Origin: an uncultured Methanosarcinaceae archaeon
GTDB lineage: Archaea > Halobacteriota > Methanosarcinia > Methanosarcinales > Methanosarcinaceae
DNA: 64,000 bases
Reading direction: 5' to 3'
Assembly: GCA_963733675.1 (NCBI GenBank)
Contig: CAVTET010000004.1
Span: 608,001 to 672,000 of the forward strand
Made by a program: the position numbers and the translations under genes
Shown here: positions 58,523-64,000 of the stretch, in pieces
Layout of the letters: every line of letters starts with the position of its first letter
Numbering within the stretch: the stretch's first letter is position 1
The notes under the pieces: generated by a model
Databases searched by the model: none
Seen by the model: only the letters and a program-made list of their open reading frames with translations
Told to the model about the DNA's origin: nothing

Positions 58523-58891
58523 TTAACCATGAATTACCTTTGGAAGGCAACGAGTACAGATCCAAAGATTTTTGCTTTTGTGTCTGATAAGTAGGAGATA
58601 ATTAGTGTTTTCTCCTGCTCCGCAGGAAGAGCAACAGACGAAGAGATCTTTGTTCTGGGGTTGAGCTACTGTTTTTTCTCTCTTAAATTCAATAGTATGT
58701 CTTTCTTCAACTGAGATTGCACTTTCAGGACAAAGTCCAATGCAGAAACCCATGCCATCACAAAGTTCTTCGAACAAAACCTTCGCTTTTCCGTTAATGA
58801 TTTGAATTGCACCCTCTGCACAGGGTGCGACACATTTCCCATAGCCAGTGCATTTTTCTTCGTCAATTTTTACTATCATTCGTTTTACCAC
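58523..58891 (-). CDS. 2[4Fe-4S] ferredoxin with C-terminal Zn-ribbon; first cluster motif mutated
   Basis: CTGYGKCVAPC (Cys replaced by Tyr), CDGMGFCIGLCP, CSSC...CTRC; GTG start at 58891. Confidence 0.8.
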   Translation of the reverse strand: MVKRMIVKIDEEKCTGYGKCVAPCAEGAIQIINGKAKVLFEELCDGMGFCIGLCPESAISVEERHTIEFKREKTVAQPQNKDLFVCCSSCGAGENTNYLLLIRHKSKNLWICTRCLPKVIHG

Positions 58892-58933
58892 AAAACCAAT
58901 CCCATTCAGAATTATTGTACACAAATTTTATCT

Positions 58934-59053
58934 TAGAACTTACGCAGTTGAACTAAAAAATCAATAGCATAAGCATACAGCTATCTAAAGTAAATATTTT
59001 AACTATAAATATCGGTTTCACTTGTTTTTTGTGCTTCAAGTGCGTAAGTTCTA
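58934..59053. mobile_element. MITE family C, copy 1
   Basis: Perfect 13-bp TIR TAGAACTTACGCA / TGCGTAAGTTCTA; related to 62487. Confidence 0.8.
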
Positions 59054-59254
59054 TTTTAGTAAAATCTCAACTTATTACTCGGGAGATCTCTATACCAGCC
59101 ATAGTTATTGGCTTTCCCGTGGGTGGTAACCCCAAAAATCGTCTTTATGCATACTACGAACTAGAAGACGAGTAGCAACGTTATCAGTTGTTTTAAGCTA
59201 TCCGGAATCAACGATACTATGTTCGCTGAATAAATGGCTTCCATGTACCTAGAC

Positions 59255-59602
59255 TTAACGACCAAGAGCGATAGCCCGAAGTTTGATTGTTGCTGCATCG
59301 AATACTGCACTTTTCTTGGTAACATATCGTTTTCTCAGAAGTTCTATATCCGTGTCAATTTTATCACTTCTTTCCTGGCCACTATCAGCTTGTGTTACAG
59401 ATTGAGATGCATACGCTTCAGCTACTTTAATTGCACCTTGCAATTCTATGTAAAGTTCTGATCCCTTTAGATACGACTCGGTGCGTATTTTTTCAACTCT
59501 TGCAATTGTGCCCTTATTGCTACCTGCTGATTTTAATGCAAGTGAATAAGCACGATAAAATTCATTCTCAGCAAATTGGAGATCTTGGTACTCTTTTTCC
59601 AT
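59255..59602 (-). CDS. Hypothetical alpha-helical protein
   Basis: Open 115-aa ORF with protein-like composition; no family recognised. Confidence 0.5.
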   Translation of the reverse strand: MEKEYQDLQFAENEFYRAYSLALKSAGSNKGTIARVEKIRTESYLKGSELYIELQGAIKVAEAYASQSVTQADSGQERSDKIDTDIELLRKRYVTKKSAVFDAATIKLRAIALGR

Positions 59603-59717
59603 CTTTCATTCTCTGCTAAATTGTTAATATAGAAGCTTATGACCAAAAATATCAAGAGCCAAAGCTTGAAACAAGTTATTTACGTTCCTCCCTCCGATTC
59701 CTCCATTTTTTCCAGGC

Positions 59718-61345
59718 TTATACTTGATTTAGAAGTACTTTCATGTCCTCCTCGACTGTCGTATGAGGCTTAATGTTGAATTTCTCAACCAGCACTTTAA
59801 GGACGTTCGAAGAGAGACAGGCCGGAAGTGTCGGGCCGAGAGTGATATTCTTTACGCTAAGGCTCAGGAGAGCGAGTAGCACAAGTACGGCTTTTTGCTC
59901 GTACCAGGCAATATTGTAGGAAACTGGAAGGTCATTTATGTCCTTAAGCCCAAAGGCTTCTGCAAGCTTCTGGGCTATTACCACAAGTGAGTAAGAATCG
60001 TTACACTGCCCTGCATCGATAACTCTTGGGATTCCACCGATGTCACCGAGACCCCGTTTGTTGTATCGATATTTGGCGCAGCCTGCAGTCAGGATGACAG
60101 TGTCTTTAGGCAGGGCTTTTGCAAATTCTGTGTAGTAGGCCCTTTCCTTATGTCTGCCATCGCAGCCAGCCATAACCATGAACCTGCTTATTTTTCCACT
60201 TTTTACCGCATCTATGATTTTATCCGCAACTGATAGAGCCGCTTCGTGTGCAAAGCCACAAACAATTGTTCCGCTTTCCAACTGTTCCGGAGGCTTGCTT
60301 GTTTTTGCTTGTTCGATTAGAGGTGTGAAGTCCTTTGTTCCGTCATCTTTTTCATATATATGAATAAGTCCTTCAAAGCCTACTACCCCTGTCGTGTAAA
60401 TTCGGTTTCTGTAAGAATCCCTTGGCGGGATTATACAGTTTGTCGTCAGCAGGATCGGGCCATTGAATTTCTCGAAATCTTTATTCTGTCTCCACCAAGC
60501 ACTACCATAATTGCCTATGAAGTTGTCACATTTCTTGAAGGCGGGATATGAGTTCGCAGGTAGCATTTCTCCATGGGTATAAACATCTATTCCAGTATCC
60601 TTTGTCTGCTCAAGGAGCTGTTTCAGATCCCGTAAATCATGCCCACTGATAAGAATTCCGGGCCTATTTCTCACACCGATATTGACAACAGTAGGTTCAA
60701 GGTTTCCGTATGTTTCAGTGTTTGCTTTATCAAGCAGAGCCAAGGCTAAAACACCTTTTTCTCCGCATTCTAGGACGAGGCCTATGAGGTCTTGTAATCC
60801 CAAGCTGTCATACGTGATCGAAACCAGCCCTTTTTCTATGAATTCAAAGATTGCTTCATCTTTATATCCTAGCACATAAGCATGATGAGAATAAGCAGCC
60901 ATTCCCTTCAAGCCATAGGTCAAAAGTTCCCTGAGTGACCTAATGTCCTCATCCTGCGTGGAGTGAACAGCAACATCCAAGCTTCCTATGTTTTCAGGGG
61001 TTACTGTAGCTACTGTAGGAAGATCTTTTTCAGCAGCCAACTTCCCTACAGGAATTTGTGCTCTAATCGTATCTCTGAGGTTAAACCCTTTTATAATAAG
61101 GGACTCAATTGCTTGTTTGTCAAAATTAGTGTTCGTAAGGGTAGCAAAGAAGCTATCCAGTACAAATATATTTGTTGCTTCCTCATTAAGACCCTCAGAT
61201 CTAGCTTTCAGGTTATAGAACGCGATACTTTTAAGGACATAGAGAAGTCTATCCTGGAGATCGGCAACTTCTCCTTTTTGCCACATACCCCATTTTTTGT
61301 ACAACCTATTGAGTTAAACGTTTCCTGACATTGATTACAAAACAT
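59718..61345 (-). pseudogene. hcp: Hybrid cluster protein (hydroxylamine reductase), frameshifted after codon 24
   Basis: MFCNQCQET....GCT..GVCGKK | GEVADLQD; shift in the A5 run at 61275-61279; SGHDL.D, THGEMLP, GCDG, GQCND, WYEQKAV. Confidence 0.9.
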
Positions 61346-61610
61346 ATTTATTCACCTTTAAAATTGGTTATTCAACGTATTCATTAGTCTTTTAATTAAG
61401 TCTCATAAACTATTTTATTTTTCTAAATATGTGAGGTTTAGTGACATTGTTAATCGAAACATATTTTTTAGCAACGGTGAATCTATAATACCATTTTCAA
61501 TACAATATCAGTTCATGTATAGAAGAGAGTTTTAACAATGAAATCTTAATAATGAAAACTTAATCTTCAAAAATTAAAGCTTGAGAGTTTATCCAGCGGG
61601 CTGCAAACTG

Positions 61611-62282
61611 TCAGAACGTCTCCTTTTTTTCAGACTCCATTCCATCTTCAACTGCTTCCCTTATGATATATCCAGCCTTGTGCAGGATAGTATCCCCAAT
61701 TTGAGGATCTTTGTCCATACTTCCAGTACAGGGATAGGAATGATGTGCGCCTGAAATTGTTTCTTGATACGCAGGGATATCTGACCAACCGAGCTTTTTT
61801 GCCACAAACCATGTGGAACCACAGGGAGCATCTCTGATTACCCCTGCTCCTATGAACATCTTTCTATCGGAACTTGTTGTGATCCTGAGCACCGGCTTTC
61901 CGAAACCAAGATCTACAAACGAATCTATAACAGGTTTTCCGATTTTTTCGAGGGAACAGAAGGGTCTTGGTCCCGCAAACTCAATTCCCATGGCTTCAAG
62001 CTCTTTTCTGAGCTGCTCAAGAATCCCTGCAGGGTTTTTTTAGAGTCCTCAGCAGGTGCGATTACGGCTTTTGCCTTTGTTTTCTTTACCACATCCGGAA
62101 GAGCTGCAAAGCAGGTTATCAGGGAATTCATGAATTCCTACGATCATATTTGCATATGACTTTCTGGCTTGCCTGCAATGATTGCAAAGATCTCCACAAG
62201 ATACGCAGAAACTGCTCGAGTTGATCAAGTTCTGGATAACTTTTTTCCCAAGTTCACCTGTGTAGAACACAAGAATTCGCAT
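61611..62282 (-). pseudogene. DUF166 family protein, deleted and frameshifted
   Basis: G..G.KVIQNL.N, LP......KAVI.P, P.PFCSL, FG.P, V.RDAPCGSTW.VA across three frames. Confidence 0.75.
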
Positions 62283-62486
62283 AAATTTACTCCTTTCAGA
62301 GGTACTTTAAAGATTATTTTATAACTGTTCTTTCGTTGTAGATGAAAACTCTGAGTTTCTTCGAATTTTCAACAAAAAGCTCAGAGAACGGAAACCGGCT
62401 TTCTCTAAACTGTTCGCGAAGCTACTTGATAAGCTATTAATACTACGTTCTGGCAGTATTCATTTTTACTGCCAATTCTTTTTATT

Positions 62487-62603
62487 TAGGACTTACGCAG
62501 TTGAATCGAAAAACAGAAGCAGTAAATATTCAACTATTTAAATTTCAATGATTTTGACAAGGCTGTATGTGCTTGATTTAATCCCTCAACCACGTAAATC
62601 CTA
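62487..62603. mobile_element. MITE family C, copy 2
   Basis: TAGGACTTACGCAGTTGA / TCAACCACGTAAATCCTA. Confidence 0.75.
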
Positions 62604-62871
62604 TTTCTTATGCGATACAACTATTTGTTTCAATGTATTAAATAATGAGAATTTCGAAATAGAAATCAGTATCTATAGACTAAACCAATATTCGAATTTA
62701 AGAGAATCAGATCTTCACATCCCAAGCAATAACAAACCTTTCACGAAAAATTACGAATATATAATCACAATCAAAAGCCATATTGAAGAAAATGTAGTGA
62801 AAATATTAACCATATTATTAACCATATATTAATGGATGATCAATGGCACCAGACGCGGCGAACGGCAAAAT

Positions 62872-63013
62872 AAACAAAAAAGTTCTGTAAATTCTAATTT
62901 ATGATGCATATGTTTTGCTTTAAAATCTCTGCATCAATGAAACAATAAACTCTGCTCTTTGTGGTGAAGAAAAGGATAAAGAACCAGTCATATTTTACAG
63001 AACTTTTGGTATA
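62872..63013. mobile_element. MITE family D
   Basis: AAAAGTTCTGTAAA / TTTACAGAACTTTTGGTATA. Degenerate relatives end near 37850 and 47993 (shared TGATGCATA core and TTTTACA.AA.TTT.G.TA end). Confidence 0.6.
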
Positions 63014-63309
63014 CTAACTTATCTAATTCAGAAATCGCTTGTAGATTATAGACTGTATTCTAGCAACCTCAAATAAGCAAAGCTAACTATCTGAATATTT
63101 ACAGCCAATGAATTTTTTAAATATATCTATTATAATAAATTCGGTACTGGAACTAGACCGATTAGCCTATCTTTTGCCAGACCCTATATATTTATTGGAA
63201 AATCTCAGACCATATTAGCGCTGCAGCAAGTATTGCCCTGAAAGGGTTATGACTTCTTCATAGCCACTGTAGTTGATACCATTACAGACAAAAAATTGCC
63301 CTATGGATC

Positions 63310-63926
63310 CTACCAGATCACAGGCCTCTCGCTCTCTGGCCTGTAGAGTTTATCCACTGACTTTACGCTCGGGAACGCCTTGTAAAACTCAGGAACATTG
63401 AAGACAACACCGTTGACCCTAAACCTGCATAAAGAGTGAGGATCAGTCAGTGCTCACGTCCTCAGGAATTCTTTCATGTCAGATTCCCTCCACATCTGGG
63501 CGAAGCTTAAGAAAAACCTCTGATCATAAGTGAATACATCAATTATCTTCGGCTCCCCTTTCAATGAAAGCTTATAGGCGTGGTAGGCCATGGTCAATCC
63601 ACAGAGGTCTGTTCTCCTGCAAGGTCAGATTGCCGTTGACGTGTAGGCCGGGCAGAACCTCGAAACTGTTGTACTCGTCCACCAAAATCCCCGTGCTCTT
63701 GTTAAAGCTATCAGCATCCTTTGGTGTCCACCAATCAGTCAAATTTCCACTTACATCGAACTTCCTGCCCTGGCTGTCGAAGTGATGAGTCATCTCGTGT
63801 CCTATAATAGCACCTATGGCTCCGTAGTTGAAAGCATCATCAACGTCATTGTTGTTGAAGAAGAAAGGAGACTGAAGAATGCCCGCTGGGAAGACTATAA
63901 TTACCTTATTAAAGTCAGCATAAGCG
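63310..63926 (-). pseudogene. M13 family metallopeptidase (PepO/neprilysin-like), 3' part, cut by IS6 and frameshifted
   Basis: IVFPAGILQSPFF, NYGAIGAIIGHEMTHHFD.QGR, VNG.LTL.EN; IS6 end abuts at 63927. Confidence 0.88.
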
Positions 63927-64000
63927 GGTTCCGTTGCAAAAACTTCAACAAAATATGTAAATCTATAAGTAATGAATAAAAATCAAAGTATTCAAGGAAA
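63927..64000 (-). mobile_element. IS6-family element, copy 3 (end only; runs off window)
   Basis: GGTTCCGTTGCAAAAA...AAATATGTAAATCTATAAGTAATGAATAAAAAT, matching copies 1 and 2. Confidence 0.9.

Overview
This is an AT-rich archaeal chromosome segment, most likely Methanosarcina or a close relative, judged from gene content and order. The left part (about 1-36.5 kb) carries intact housekeeping genes: the A1Ao ATP synthase operon (atpHIKECFA, minus strand), a radical SAM enzyme beside a geranylfarnesyl-diphosphate-synthase-like gene, rimI, dnaG, ACT protein + hom, DNA ligase, radB, inositol-phosphate synthase, mtnA and marR-lon. Between them lie dead IS5, IS66, ISH3, IS110, IS200 and tnpB remnants and several MITE families. 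The right part (about 36.8-64 kb) is an accessory zone in heavy decay, with IS6 copies and broken sensor kinase, response regulator, hcp, DUF2284, DUF166 and M13 peptidase genes. A few genes there remain intact: gpmA-like, pstS, an NADH oxidase-like flavoprotein, an ankyrin protein and an RHH/coiled-coil protein. The most notable unexplained structures are: (1) a helically phased ATCTGTAT array directly upstream of the RHH-coiled-coil-WWRFW gene, next to a terminase-small-subunit-like relic (a candidate one-protein centromere/tethering module); (2) seven G-U-compatible mini-hairpins between atpK and atpE; (3) a TATA-preceded hairpin sRNA candidate with a C-rich loop; (4) a shared 22-bp operator before marR and lon; (5) the radical SAM gene as a methanophenazine-pathway candidate. 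No rRNA, tRNA or CRISPR array was seen. All calls come from reading the sequence; no database searches were run.
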